A stretch of DNA of 64,000 nucleotides from Caecitellus pseudoparvulus (Eukaryota; Protista; Bigyra: Bicosoecida), in assembly GCA_965644315.1 (NCBI GenBank), contig CBFFRQ010000041.1, forward strand, positions 124,001 through 188,000. The letters are read 5' to 3'. Every line of letters starts with the position of its first letter. Within the stretch, counting starts at the first letter, position 1. Position numbers and translations under genes: made by a program. Below are positions 33,363 through 46,544 of this stretch, piece after piece. Below the pieces are notes generated by a model. That model searched no databases. It was given only the letters and a program-made list of their open reading frames with translations, and was not told the origin of the DNA.

Positions 33363-36300
33363 GTCCTTGCACCGCATCCTTGCCGCGTCGACGCAGGAGG
33401 AGGCAGCTGCCGTTTCCATCCAGCGCCTGGCTCGAGGGCAGGCTGTGAGGCGCCGTCTCGCAGCCGACAAGGCCGCCCGGGACAAGGAAGCCGCGAACCG
33501 AGCTGCACGAGCTGCTCGCATTGCAGCCAGGCGGCGCGAGCTCGCCCTGCTCAGTGCGCTGCCGTCAGACCAGCTGGATTCATACCTGCAGTGCGTGGCC
33601 TGCCGTTGCACTGGTGCACCCTGACCTGCTGTCACCCCCCCTTCCGCCACACAGGTTCGAGAGGAGCAAAGCTGCCCGGACACTGCAGCGATTCACACGG
33701 CAGAAGGTCCTGGGTGACTCCCGCCCGTCCTTCGGCGGAGTGGCCTGTACGGGGCCCCCAACCAAGCCGGTCGGTGCAGCTCAGAGTTCGGGTTCGGCAC
33801 GGGAGGGGGAGGAGGGGGGTGGCGCCGGCAGCGGCCGGTCCTTGCCTCCTCGCTACCGCCGGCCCGCGACGCAGGTGCAGGGGCCCATCGCCTCTGGCGG
33901 GCGGCAGGAGCAGGGGGGGGATGACGCGATCTGGCGGGGGGGGGACGACGGCGGTGACCCTGACCTGCACGCTGACGGATGCCTGGCCATGTGGCCAGTG
34001 GACATGCTGGCCATGTCCGACCTGCAGAGCCGCATCTCCTCCCGTGCCACACAGCAGGAGCGAGGCGCACACCTAGCCCAGCTGGCGTCTCTGCACTCGG
34101 GACTGGTGTCCGCAGGGCTGGGGGGAGCCGAGGGGGATGCGCTGTCTGTGGCAGGCCAGGCGCGCACCCTTGCCGGTGGGGCGGATGCGGAGGCCGCCGA
34201 CGCCAGCATGCGTGCAGCGCGCGTGTCGGCCCTGCGTGAGGCTGCCAGTACGGTGTATGAGACGCAGCTGGGCGGCAGCGTGCACCGGCCTGATCTGGAT
34301 GTGCGGCGGCGGCGGCTGGTGTCTCGCATGCACCGCCACATGGACGCCACGACCCGGCCACCTGCCCTTGCCGAGGTGCTGGCGCGGGGGGATGTGCCGG
34401 CTGAGGAAGAGGGGGGCTCTGAAGGCGCACAGGGGGGGTGGAGCGCGCAGGCGGCCGCGGACGCCACTCCCTGGCCTCCCCACCCCACACTGGCCGCCGC
34501 CGGTCGAGCAGCCCACGAGCGCGCCATGAAGGCTCTCGCGCCAGACCGGCCTTGGTGGCTCGTGTACACGGCTTCTGCGCTGGCTGACCTGCGGAAGGTG
34601 CGCGCGCCACTGCCGTGGCGGGACTGGTGTCCACCTGGAGAACACCATCCCCCCGCGGTTGGGGGGTCTGAGGGGGGAGAGGCTGCCGCCCGCCAGGCCA
34701 ACCAACGCCGGGACAACCGCGAAGAGGAGGTGTTCGGACCCCCTCTGCACGACACTCAGGCGCGGCAGGGGGAGTTCACGCCGCGCATGGCGTCTGACAT
34801 TTGGCTGACGTACGCGTGTGGCGCCTTCGGGGGGGTGGGGGGGGCATCCCTTGCCGTGCCGGGGGATGGTGGGCACACGGAACACAAGGACGACGGCAGC
34901 CAGGCCCCTGAGGCCGTGTCCACCTTCGGCCGGTGGGCCATCAGCACCGGCATGGCCAACCTGGGCGTGCCTGATCCATGGGGCGAGGCGCCTGCCGCCA
35001 CAGATGCCTTGCTGGCTGACCTGGAAGCTCGAGGTGTGCGGGCAGTGGGGCGAGGTGCTGACGCGCCGCCCGGCTCTGACAGCGTGCTCAGCACCCGTGA
35101 GGCGGTGCAGGGCGCCGAGGCGGCCTTGCAGCAGCCGCCGCAGCAGCAGGGGGATGAGGCGGGGGACGCGGCGGGCGACGCCTCAGCGCACGAACACCTG
35201 GACCTGGCTCTATCCCTGCTGGAAGCCCCTGCTTTGGACCTGCCCTCTGGCGTGGGGGCGGCAGGTGCACTGGGCTGCCTGGCCATGCCCGGCACCTCCA
35301 TCTCGGACCGCGTCAAGGCGGCAGGGGAGGCCTTGCGGCGCCACACACGGGCGGCAGCGGTGGCCAGGGAACACTCCGCCCATGACCGTGCCGTGGCTGC
35401 CCGGCGCATCCAGCAGGCGTGGCGGGCGCGGTGCGTGCGGGCAGCTGCGCGGGCGGAGGCTGACCGCCGCCGCCAGGCACGTGCCAAGGCGCAGGAGGCC
35501 GCCAAACGGGCCAAGTGGGAGGAGGTGTACGGCCGCATGTCGGCCATGCTGCGGGAGGTGGTGTCGGATGCCGTGGGGTGGCAGCCGCAGGAGACGGCGC
35601 CTGCCGGCTACAGGGGGGCCAGGCACGCCAGGCCTGCACGGCACGGCAGCCCGCAGACGAGCAAGGACAGCGACGGCTCCCTGTGGGGCCTGTCGCCTAG
35701 CCCCGGCCGGGGGGCTCCCGTGTCCAGGGTGGCACAGCCCACGCCTGGCTCCAAGCCCGTGTCGCTGGAGGTGTCTGCCGTGGCAGATTCGTGGGAGGAG
35801 GGGTCCGAAGCCCCCCCCACACCCCCTCGGGATGTGCCCTCCAGCACCCTCTCCGCGTCGCCCCCCAGACGAGCTGGCCAAGCGGCTGGCACCACGGGTG
35901 GCTTGACCTCCACCACAGGCAGTCGGGTTGGTATCCACGGTTTCCGACAGCTGCCCAGCACCGGACTCGGAGCCTCCCACGACAGTGGAGACTCGTCCCC
36001 CCTCGCTGCTTCCTGGGCTGCCGGGGGCATCCTGCGAGGCCTGGGCGACGCGCCAGTGCGTCAGAGCGGCGCGTCAGTGTCGTTCGCCAGCCAGCATGAG
36101 GCAAGCGGCGTGGAGTCGGCCGGTGCGGGGGCAGGGCGGCGCAGGGGCCGAGTGAGCGTGGACACGTCCCTGGGCGACGTCTCCAGCGTCTCCCTCGGCT
36201 CCAGCACCGCCAGCGAGGTGGGCGCCGCGATTAAGAGTAGCATGGCCTTTGCCACACCCTCTGCTCGTGCCGCCCCGGCGGAGCGCTTCTTTGACCCAGG

Positions 36301-36397
36301 ACGCGTGCGGGCGACGGCCAAGCCTGGCGTGTCGGCGGCAGCTGATGGCGTGCATGCTGCAGCTCGGGCTGCGCGGGCCAAGGCGGCAGCGGAGTGA
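33363..36397 (+). CDS. IQ-motif protein resembling the C-terminal half of IQCB1/NPHP5, with a long low-complexity extension (5' end unresolved)
   Basis: IQRLARGQAVRR...LALLSALPSDQLDSYLQ, intron ~33591-33655, then AARTLQRFTR...AAAGRAAHERAMKALAPDRPWW and a further IQ motif IQQAWR. Confidence 0.6.
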
Positions 36398-36489
36398 TGC
36401 AATGCAGGTGGGGCCTTGGGCGAGGAGGGGGCGACGTGCATTGGCGGCGGGGGGATGGCTGAGTTGCGCCTGCCACGCGGCCCCCACCT

Positions 36490-37224
36490 TCACTCTGCAC
36501 TGGCGCCCAGGAGCGGTAGCAACTGCAGCAGCGCCGTGAGCCAGTGCTGCCTGGCCAGCTGGTCAGGAGCAGACAGCACCGTCTGCCTGCCCCCCCGCCA
36601 ATGCAGCGTGAACCTGCAGCAACCATCCTCATCGCCCAGCGTGACCTCTGTCAGGCGAGACAGCGGCAGGGTGGAGATGTGGGCAGGGTCATCAGCTGCG
36701 CCAGCCTCCAGCGCCGCGCGGGGCACCCACTGCAGGCTCGTCGGGTCACTCGCATCCACCCACACAAACACAGGCTGCATGGCAGACGTCTGCAGTGTGT
36801 CTCCAGGCTCCACGATGGCGCCAGAGAAGCTCATGCCTCGCACGAGCATCGAAGTGGACTGGGCGAGAGCCCCCTGTGCCGCGTGCAAGATGTGTTCGGA
36901 AGCAGCAGCGTCCACCTCCAGCTGCTCCACAGTCTCGTCGCGGAATTTGGCCGCTGCCGTTGCAGGCGCTCGAGCTGGCTCTGGTGCTGCCGGCGCAGCG
37001 GCGTCTGACGCTGCATGCCCTTCAGGCTGTGGCTGGAGACTGGACGCTGTGCCTGATGCACTTGCAAAGGACGCCTTGAGCTCCTTGGCTGTGTTGGGTC
37101 CGCCTGGCGCGAGGCGGGCGCTGTCGTCTGGCAGCTTGTGCTGGCGCCGCCGTGCCTGCCGCCGAGCGAGGATGACTTCGATGTTGTACTCCACGCCCTT
37201 GCTGGGGTCCAGCACGCCTGCCAT
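36490..37224 (-). CDS. PH-domain-containing protein
   Basis: C-terminal VFVWVD...LQW...LPLSRLTEV...FTLHW...VLSAPDQLARQHWLTAL fits a PH fold. Confidence 0.72.
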   Translation of the reverse strand: MAGVLDPSKGVEYNIEVILARRQARRRQHKLPDDSARLAPGGPNTAKELKASFASASGTASSLQPQPEGHAASDAAAPAAPEPARAPATAAAKFRDETVEQLEVDAAASEHILHAAQGALAQSTSMLVRGMSFSGAIVEPGDTLQTSAMQPVFVWVDASDPTSLQWVPRAALEAGAADDPAHISTLPLSRLTEVTLGDEDGCCRFTLHWRGGRQTVLSAPDQLARQHWLTALLQLLPLLGASAE

Positions 37225-37420
37225 GGTGCTGGGCAGTGCCCCCTGTTCGCTATGGCCTGCTGCAGTGGCGCGCCTGGCAGCGCGTTTGGGCAGTTGAGGT
37301 GCTCAGGAGGCACTGCACTGCCAGCTCACGGGTGCTTTGTGCACACAACTAAACACAGAGCAATCCAACTATCGAAGCTGTAAAGCGCCCGGAGTTGTTG
37401 TGTTCGCGTCACTCACTTGA

Positions 37421-37950
37421 ATGGCCATGCTCGCTGTCGCTCGCCGCGCGGCGGCCGTGTCAAGCAGGGCAGCATGGCGAGCTCCAGCGCTCAGCATGAG
37501 CACTGTGCCAGCGAAGCTGACGGATGAGGAGCGCAAGGAGCTCCTGCCAGCCCTGTCCAAGTGGGAGATGGTGGAGGGCCGAGATGCCATCACCCGCACC
37601 TTCATTTTCGACGACTTCGAGTCGGCATGGAGCTTCATGTCCAACTCAGCCACGTATGCCCAGGCAGTGAGCAATTTCCGCCACGCTCGCTGCGCTGAAG
37701 GCGAGCGCTGCACGCTTGTGCTCGGCCGTGCCGCAGATCAACCACCACCCCGAGTGGTTCAACGTGTACAACAAGGTGGAGGTGACGCTGTCCACCCACG
37801 ACTGTGCAGGGCTGTCGAAGAATGTGCGTGGCCGTGCCGCACCACGCCGAGCTGGCTCGCCCGTCGCACGCAGCGCCCGCCGCCGCCGCGCAGGACACGG
37901 ACTTTGCCGCACAAATGGACGTGTTCGCGGAGAACCTCAACGCAAGCTAG
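37421..37950 (+). CDS. PCBD: Pterin-4-alpha-carbinolamine dehydratase with presequence
   Basis: [20 protein letters not shown]...[30 protein letters not shown]; introns 37667-37736 and 37824-37893. Confidence 0.95.
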
Positions 37951-37967
37951 GCGTCCAGTTCAGCAGC

Positions 37968-37975
37968 AATGCATT
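37968..37975. terminator. Candidate bidirectional 3'-end signal AATGCATT
   Basis: Palindrome inside the 28-nt gap between convergent stops at 37950 and 37979. Confidence 0.55.
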
Positions 37976-37978
37976 TCC

Positions 37979-40900
37979 TCACGTGCCTGCGCGGGCAAGG
38001 GCTGCCTCCAGCGCCTCACGTCTGGCCCGCGATGCGCCCAGCGCCGCACGCGCACGCGCCACACTGGCAGCTTCCGCGTGCAGAGAGGGACTACTGGCAC
38101 CTTCATCAGGCTGGGCGTGTCCTGCACTGCTTGCGCCTGCACTGCGTGTGCCGTCAGCAGACAACAGCTGCGCGGAGCTGGCTGAGCTGGGTGCTGACCG
38201 CGGCACGTGCAGCATGCTGGGGTGCAGGGCTGCCCCTCGTTGGGCAGTGGGGGGGTGTGACGGCGGCAGGGCAGAGCCCCATCCTGATCCGGGGGTGGCG
38301 TGCTGTGCCCCGATGGCGCGCGCCCACCACCCGTCGCTGCCGGCAGCTGACACTGGAGCTGGCGCCGGGACTGTGTGCTGGGCGCGGTAGTGGGCTGACA
38401 GACTGGACCGTGGCGCCTGAGCCGCCCCACCAAGCACTGCCAGTGCCCGTTGCAACTGTGCCGCGTGCTGCGCGCGCTGAGCGGCCGTGTGGGCTTCCCC
38501 TGCCGCCGAGACAAAGGTGCGTGGGGTGCTGCCTGGGGTGAGGGAGGAAGGCCAGGAGGGGGGGGCCATGGCGAGCGGTCCATGCTGCACGTGGTGGGCA
38601 GGCGGCAGGGCGCTGTGGCTGTCTGCAGTTGTGGAAGGGGGGGACAGACCCCCCTCCTGGACGAGGGGGGGCGGGACCGCAGACCCCGCCATGCTGTGCT
38701 GCGGTGGAGGCTGGGGCGCCTGCTGGGGCGCCGGGTGCGCCGCCCCACTGCCCTGTGACATGGGTGCAGAGGCCGGGGCGGCAGTCCAGCTGGCGGCAGG
38801 CGTCTCAGGCAGTGCTTTGTATCCGTATCCACCGGGAGCGTGGAGTTGGGGCGGTGGGTGCGACGTGGGCCCAGGCCACGCAGTGGGCGCCTTGCGGTGC
38901 ACCGTCACAGACCCATCAGGCGCCCGCAGCGCTGTGCCCCGCACACCCTTGGCCTGCAGCGCGTCCTCTGCCTCCTCCACGTCCGGGTCGCGGTAGTTCA
39001 GGTCTCGGAAGGGGGGTGCGTCTGGTCCCGCGGCCAGAGTGGCCACGGCCCAGGGGGGGAGGGTGACACCCCCCCCCGCCTCGGGGGCATTCAGAGACAC
39101 CTCTGCCTTGGGCCTGTACACATAGTCTGCCACCAGTGGCGCAGCAGGCGTGAAGGTGCTGGGCACGGCAGAGTAGGGGGGGGGTCCAGGGGGGGCCTTG
39201 GACATGAAGGCGCCATACGGCACCAGCACTGGGCGAGGGCCGCGCGTGTCCGTGGGCGGGGCGCTAGTATCCCTCTGCTCTGGCACCTCGGCAGCGCCAT
39301 CGCCATCGCCTTCTCCTGCAGCCGCCGGCGAGTCGGTTGCAGGTGCAGGGGCCGGCTGGTCTGAGCCGCCCTCCTCCTGCGCCCCCCCTTCTCCCTTCCC
39401 TTCCTCCGCTTCAACTCCGGCGGGCTGCACGCCCTGCTGGGCGAAGGATGCTTCAGGCAACGGCAAGAAGGTGGTGTGGGGGTTCCAGGGGGGCCGCAGG
39501 GAGGTCACCGGTAGCACCGGCCCTGCCGCCTCTGACAAGTTCGCCGGCGCCACCGCCTGCCCCTCCAGCGGGTCGCCGATGTACGGCAGGGCGGACTCGG
39601 GCTCGGGACCCAGGGCACGCTGTGCCAGGCCTGTCCACGGGGCTGACAGGGGGGGGGCCACCTCCTCCCCCTCGCCGCCCCCTTCCGCAGCTTCCGGCAC
39701 CTGCTCCGGCGCCTGCTCCGCCACTGCCCTGCCTCGTGTCTGCCACTGCATCGCCACGGCCTGCCAGGCAGGGCCCACGGGGTCCCCCGCAGGCGGCAGC
39801 GCCCGCCCTGCGTCGCCCGACTCGCCTTCGATGTCCGCGTCCTCAGGCTGCGTGGGCGAGACAGCCCCCCCCTCCTCCCGTGGCTTGGGCAGGAGTATCC
39901 CCGCCTCCGCCAGGGCCCGTGACAGGCTGCCTGTGCTGTGCTCCATGCCGCCCTGCTCGCCACTGGGCGAGGCGGGCGCCTGGTGCGGGGGCAGCCCCCC
40001 CGCCGCCCGCACCATGGCGGCAGTCGTCTTGAGCTCGGCGCTGAGGGCGAGGGCGGCCGCCAGGCCCGGCAAGACAGCCTGCTCCTCCTCCTCCTCCTCG
40101 TCTTCCCCCTCTTCGCTGCTGTGGGCGCTGTGGGCGGCGCCACGCGCAGAGGGGGGCGCTAGACGCCGCCGCGCCCCTCGCCGCCACCACGGCCGCCGCC
40201 CCTCGCCGTCTTCCTCAGCGTCCGACCCCGACCCCGACGTGGCCCCGCTGCTGTCTTCTAGGGAGGACTCACGCGCACGGTGGCGGGGGCGGGAGGCTGC
40301 CATGGCCGCGGCGAAACGAGCCGCCACGCCGCCCCGACTGAGGTCCGGCGTGCCGTCCTGTCCCGGTGTGGCACCGGCACCGGCCTCTGCGGCACCTGAC
40401 GGCAGCAGGCCTCGTAGGCGCGCGACGATGCTGGCTGCCATGTGCATGCGGGGGGGCTTGGCGCGGCGGGCGGCGCGTGGCCCTCGGCCGCCGTCCAGGC
40501 GCCGCCGCATGCACATCATGGCGACATCAAGGCCCTCCGCGATGCCCGAGCACGCAGTGCGGTACTCAGTGGCGTCCAGGTCGCCCCCCGCACCCCCCTC
40601 GTGGCTGTGCTCAGGGGGGGGCGCCAGCAGGCGTGGTGGCGCCGGCCCTTCCCCCGTGAACCCTGCTAGGAGCGCGTCGAAGGGGACGTCAGGCAGGTCG
40701 CCGGCGTCCCCCAGAATGGCGCCGGCGGCCAGGAGGGCCTGCGAGTGCTTGGCTCTGAAGTCGGCCAAGTGCCCTGCAAGGGAGTCAGCGACGGCCCGTG
40801 CGTTGCGAGGCAAAGGCTGCCTGCCCCGGCGACGGCGACGGCCTCGGGTGCTGTCACCCTCGTCACTTCCAGAGGCACTGACGTCAGAGACGTGCCATGA

Positions 40901-41692
40901 TGACTGGCTGGCGTCGCTGTCCGAGTCGTCGAAGCCTTGCTTGCGCTCGTCAAAGGGCTGGCGTTTCCTGCGCCGGCGCCGCACGGGCACTTGGAAGTCC
41001 AGAGCGCCGACTGCTTCAATGGCACGACGCAGGCCCGAGACAATGCTCTCCCCGCTGTCTTGAACGTCTGGCTGTGGCGTTCCCAGCTCAGACAGGGACT
41101 GTGCGGAGGGGGCGCGTGGCAGGGAGTGTCGCTCTCGACTGCTCGACCTGGCTGCCGCAGCAGCCGCCCTCTGCTCCGCAGCGGCAAAGAAGGAATTCGC
41201 GGACTCCTCCAGACTCTCCCGACCAAAACTGCGTAGGTGCGAGGGACTGGTGTGCCGCGGAGCAGAGTAGGCGTGTGCGTGGCGTTGGGCTCACCTCCTG
41301 CGCACTGCGGAACTTGGAGTGCCAGGCACAGGTTGCTGCCGCCACGAAGACACGCTCAAGCGGGGGTCGATGGAGGTCGCAGTGGGCGGCGGCGGAACGC
41401 TGCTTGCAGTGGACGATGCAAGAGACGCCCTTGTCGTGCTGAATGTCGCTGCAGGAGGCATGCCTGGGTTGCTGGGCATGGTAACGGCAGGCTGCCAAAT
41501 GGGCACTTGCGGACTCGCCCACGACGGCGTGTGGGGCTGCTGGGCGCCTGGCCCATCTTGCTCAAACCAGAACTTCTTACCACTGGAAGCCTGCCGTTCA
41601 TGCCTGGCGCGTGGAGGCGCGCTGCGGAAGCGCTGGATGGCTGCTCGGATTTGCTCGCCTGGCGCAGCGCCGTGCACACTCGTCTCCGCCAT
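37979..41692 (-). CDS. Large Pro/Ala-rich protein with a PROSER3-like N-terminal motif
   Basis: Intron 41229-41294 joins MAETSVHG...[15 protein letters not shown]...FWFEQ in frame to the 1003-aa ORF; motif resembles the RFRxAxPxxRxER...FWW motif I recall from PROSER3. Confidence 0.55.
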
Positions 41693-41854
41693 GCTGCCGC
41701 CGTGCGTTCCACCAGGCCCGAAGACTGGAGGGCACTGAATGCAAGCCGTATCTACGAATACCAAACTGTGCGTACTTCGCTGTGGCCTGGGCAGGGTGCA
41801 CCTGGCTGGCGTGTTGTGCGGGGCGCTGCATTTTGCGTTGCCGCTTGGCGCTGG

Positions 41855-44288
41855 TCACTCGCCGCGTTGCCGCTTGGCGCCGCCCACCTTGACTCGCGGC
41901 GGGGACTGCGCCTCCTCCTCCACTGCCAAGAAGTCCATGTTGGACGCTGTCCACTTCAACTCGTCCCACGACACGGGCAGCAGCGCCACCACGGGGCGTG
42001 CCAGCGTTTCTGCGCTGCGCACCTGCCGCACCAACACACTCAGCTCCAGCCCCGGCGCATACTCCGGCGGCGGCAGGGGCATGTTCCCATGCACTTCACC
42101 CGTGTACACCGCGCCTGCCCCCGCCATTCCCGCTGCCGCTGCCGACAGGTGTGTGGCTGACCCTGAAAACGCTGCGCCCGGCGGCAGTAGGCCTGGAGCT
42201 GTGCTGCCTTCTGGCACTGGCATGCGGCGCAGGGGCAGGTGGGGGTGCAGGCCGGGCGGCCGGGCCCGCCTGCGTGTGACCTTGGGCGCCACGCTACCGC
42301 GGCGCACGTTGGCCCAGCGGGAACGCCGTGCCTTGCCACGCCGCCGCCGCCGCTTCACTTTGCGGGGGGCGGGCGTGTCGTCAGCCTGGGAGGCAGACAC
42401 GCCGGTGGCGGCGCCCTCCTCCTCCTCCTCCTCGTCCCCTTCTTCCTCATCTTCCTCCTCGTCATCCTCCTCCTCCTCCTCTTCATCCTCCCCCTCTGAC
42501 GCACTGCCCTCGGAGCTGTCCCCCTCACCGCCCGACCCGCCCTCACTCCCCCCCGTGGCAGCCACATCATCCGCACCGGCCTCCTGCCCCATCAACTCGG
42601 GTGGCAGCTGCAGCAGGGGGAAGGGCGCCTTGGCAAAGTGCGTCGTCTCGGGTGTCGCCGCCTCCCCTCGCAGCAGCATGGCCAGCACCGCCGCCAGCGC
42701 CCCGCTCCCTCCGCCTGCGGCCTCCTGCCCCAGGCTGCGCAGGGAGTGGTTCGCCACCCCCACGATACACGCCGGCAGGAGCTGCGGGTCCACCGTGGGG
42801 CAAGCGTGGCTCTGCAGCCCCGCCGCCGTCGCTGCAGCGTTGATTTGGGCCTGGGAGCCGGGCGGGGCGGCCACCGGCAGCGGCAGGGCGCCGTGCCACC
42901 GCCGGGCACCCAGGAGGGTCAGGGCCGTGGCTGCCTCCGCCCTGCCAGCTGCTGCCGCCGCTGCTGAGGCGGATGCCGTCCACGTGGTGTGGGGGCGGGG
43001 TGTGGCAGGTGCCAGGGCGGCCAGACACCGGCGCCATACCCGGGCCAGCAGTGGGGCGGCCCTGCCTGCTGGGAGAGCACGCTCCACCTCCTTGCGGGGC
43101 TCCATGTGCAGGTCCAGGAGGACGTTGTGCAGGGTGGACCGGGGGCGTGCCTCCACGACGGCCTTGTCCAGGTTGGCGCCCACCCCCCCCACCGGCACCA
43201 TCTTGTGAGTACTGCGGTCCCATTCCCGGACTCGCCCGAAGCGGCCGGGGCTGCCGCGGAAGGCGAATTGGCGGTGTTTCCAGGGGGCGCCGGCCAGGGT
43301 GGGGCGGCAGGGCCCGCTCAAGGCGTCTGCACCGCGCAGGGCACGGCTACTGGCATAGGTGGCGCTGGAGGCCATCTCGGGCCAAGGCAGGGCTCGGGTC
43401 AAGTGCCCCACCACCGTGTCGGAGAGGGTGTGCTGAGCATGCCAGGAGGGCGGCAGGCGGCGGTCGTCCCCCGGGTGGGAGGAGCGGTAGTGGTCCGCCG
43501 CCATGGCCAGGCGGTTGGTGGAGGTGGCCATGTCTGTCGCCGGCGGCGTGCAGGGTGGCACAGGCACCGCCGTGCTGAGGGCGAAGGACGGGTGACACGA
43601 GCCGTACACGGGCGGAGGCGCCGACAGGGCCTGCAGCAGGGTGGCGTTGCGCGGGACGCGGTGCAGGCGAGGCTCGAAGGGGGGTGTGGGGGGGGCCCCC
43701 TCCTCCCCCACACCGGCTGCCGCGGCCACCTCCCGCCAGTACGCCACGACAGCCTCTGGGCACCACAAGTCAGCCTCCAGCACCCAGGTGGCGTGGGCGT
43801 CGCTGACACCAGCCCAGGCCACCAGGTACTGCACCCCCGCAGGCAGGGTGGTGCGGTGTGCCAGGATACGCCGCACTTCAAATGCCCAGCTGCGCTGGCG
43901 GTCGGTGCCTTCGTGCACGTACTCCCCATGGGTGGAGCGCAGGTGCCCACACTCCACCGCCAACTGCGCGTCGAGGTTGCCACCCACAGGGCCTTCTGGG
44001 ACGGGCAGTGTCTCTACTGCACTGCCAGTGCTCTCGCGGCTGCTGCGCGGCGTGCTGGGCCGTGACGCCCGGGAGCGGTTGGAGGAGGAAGGCCGGGTGC
44101 CGGGGCGCACCTCCTGAGGAAGGCAGCAAGGAGACACATAAAGTGACGTGATGAGTGCCTTTTCCCTGCGGGTTCAGGGCCGTGGTGCGCTGCGCGGCAC
44201 TCACCACAGCGCTTGGGTCTGCAAGCCAAGCCACGAGGATGCTGCGCACGCGATTCCGCTGTGCCTCCGAAGGCAGCTTCTGGTTCAT
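41855..44288 (-). CDS. Chromodomain-containing protein with acidic tract and basic NLS-like segment
   Basis: FEVRRILAHR...QYLVAWAG...ATWVLEADLWCPEAVVAYW is a chromodomain; intron 44114-44204; poly-Glu/Asp followed by RKVKRRRRR. Confidence 0.72.
42416..42495. repeat. (TCC/TCT)n coding microsatellite encoding poly-Glu/Asp on the minus strand
   Basis: Directly visible trinucleotide run. Confidence 0.8.
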
Positions 44289-44685
44289 GAAGCACGACAA
44301 GGCAGATGCCCTGCGAGAAGGCGTGCCGTGGGCAGCTGTGTGGGCCTGCGCAGCCCGCGTGCTCCGCGGAGAGGGACGCACCCAACGTGCAGTGCCGCAC
44401 AGAGGGCGTTTTGAGTGAGGCCATTTTGCGAGAGAAAGCGCCGCGTCTGTGGGGCGTGGGGGGCAGCAAGCATGTACACAGTTCAGGGAAACCACCACTC
44501 TACACACGGACCTTGGAGATGATTTCCCGGTCGTCCATGGTGCCGCGAGTGAGGCTGGCACGCTGGTGCCTGGCTCCCTTGGCCTGACCCTCGCACAGCG
44601 CCCAAACTTAGAGACGGGCAAGCCAAGTCAGCCGACCAAACTCAATGTATTCAGATTGAGAGCACGGCTGTGGAATGTGTACTGG

Positions 44686-46236
44686 TCACTGCCCTGTCCC
44701 CGCCGCTGCGGGCGCCCCCACTGCCGTGGTGGAGGTGGCTGGTGCCGGCTCCGTCGGCGCCCCTGTCGCAGCGGCAGCTCGCCCTGCCGTCGTGGTGCTG
44801 GTGGTGGGGGCCTTGGCAGCAGCGGCTGCACTGGGCGTGGCTGCTTGTCCGGCTGTGGTGGTGGTGGTCGAGGCAGCCGCCGCCGCCGCCGCAGCAGGAG
44901 CAGGAGCAGGGGCAGCACCACCTGAGGCGGCGGCTGCGGCTGCCTTGGCACGGGCCCGGGCGCGCTGCTTCATCTCCTTGATCTCCAGGTACAGCTTTTT
45001 GCGGTAGTGCGAGGTGGAGTACTTGGTGTCGTCGTCCAGCTTGATGCGGAGGATGCGGGGGGCCGTCACCTCCTGGCTCTCATCGTGGAACTGGGCCACG
45101 AAGGGGTGTGCCAGCGCCTCCACCGCCGTAATACGCTTGGCGGGGTTGAACTGCATGCACTTGGTCATGAGGTCGATGGCGTCCTCCGGAGCGCCAGGGC
45201 ACAGCTTCTCCAGAGTGGTCTTGCTGGCCGTCGCTGGCACCTTGGCGATCATCTGCTCGGTGTACTTGGAGCCGATGCTGGCGACATCCTCCGGCGAGGG
45301 GCGCCCAGTGATGGCCAGCACGAGCTCCAGCTGGTTGATGGTGCTGTTGCCTGGGAACATGGGCTTCTTGCGGTAGCACTCCCCCAGCACCGTGCCCACA
45401 CTCCACATGTCAATGCCGAAAGTGTGCTTGGGCGCGCCCAGCAGGATCTCGGGCGGGCGGTACCACCGTGTCGCCACGTAGTCTGTGTGCACGACATCGG
45501 ACTTGCCGGTGTCAGTCAGGGAGCGGGACAGGCCGAAGTCGCACGCCTTCATGGTGCACGCTGCGTTGAGCAGCATGTTGGAGGGTTTCACGTCGCGGTG
45601 CAGCAACTCCGCCGAGTGCAGGTACTTCAGCACCTTGAGCAGCTGGTAGACAATGTACCGAATGTGCACGTCTTGCAGAATGCCAGCCCGGATGACTGCG
45701 TGCAGGTCTGCTTCCAGGTACTCGAACACGAGGTACAAGTCTCGGTCTGCAGCGAGCAGGCGTGGAGCGCGTCGGTGCGGCGCGGCGAGCGGCAACCCAG
45801 GCGCCGCGGCACGCACCGTTCTCGGCCCTGATAATGTTCAGCAGCCGCACGACGTTGGGGTGATCGCGCAGCTCCGTCAGGTACATGCACTCGCGAAACG
45901 TGCGCTGCGCAGGGGCGGGAAGGGATGGTTCGGGAAGTGCACTGGCGAGGCGGCTGCGGCTGCGGCGCTGCCTGGCCTACCTGGGCGTCAGTTGCGTTGC
46001 GGAAGGCGTCGTAGCACTTCTTCAGGGCCACAATCTGGTCTGTGCGGTTGTCCTTGGCCTTCCACACCACGCCGTAGGCCTGCGGGAGGGCGTGTCGCCG
46101 GAGCGTGGCGTCGCTGCGACGTGCGCGGCAGTTGCCGAAGCCGACGAGGGGCCCGCCTGGCCGCACGCACCCCCTTGCCAAGCTTGCGGATGATCTGGAA
46201 CTTCTGCAGCACGTGCTGCTCGATGGTGTCTGTCAT
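44686..46236 (-). CDS. MAPK15: MAP kinase ERK7/8 (MAPK15) family
   Basis: [47 protein letters not shown]; several short introns; Ala/Thr-rich tail. Confidence 0.93.
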
Positions 46237-46544
46237 TGCGCTGGGGGAGGTGGGGCGCCGGTGGGCCTGGTGACGCGGCGGCCGTCTCGCCGAGCAGGCA
46301 AACCTCGCCGGTGTGCGCCGACGCTTGCAGGGCGCTGGGCAAGTCTGGGATGAGTGGGACGTGTCTTGGCTGCATGCAGAGTGCCGTGCGCCGGGTCGGT
46401 GTGTGGGAGTTGGATTGTGCGGCGGGGCGGGGGGGCTGGGAGGTGGTTGTCCGGGTTCGCCGTGTCACCTTGTGCACGTCGCAAGAGGCGAGGGAAGGTC
46501 ACGCATAGAAGGGGGGCAGGAGCGCGGGGCGGCGCAAGGGGCAG

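Noticed and set aside
43730-43890. Chromodomain as part of a chromovirus LTR retrotransposon integrase
   Set aside because: No RT, RNase H, integrase core or LTRs seen nearby, and the gene has a normal intron.
26298-46236. Cluster of ciliary genes (PIBF1, IQCB1-like, PROSER3-like, MAPK15)
   Set aside because: Interleaved with unrelated genes; ciliary genes are abundant in flagellate genomes, and two of the calls are tentative.
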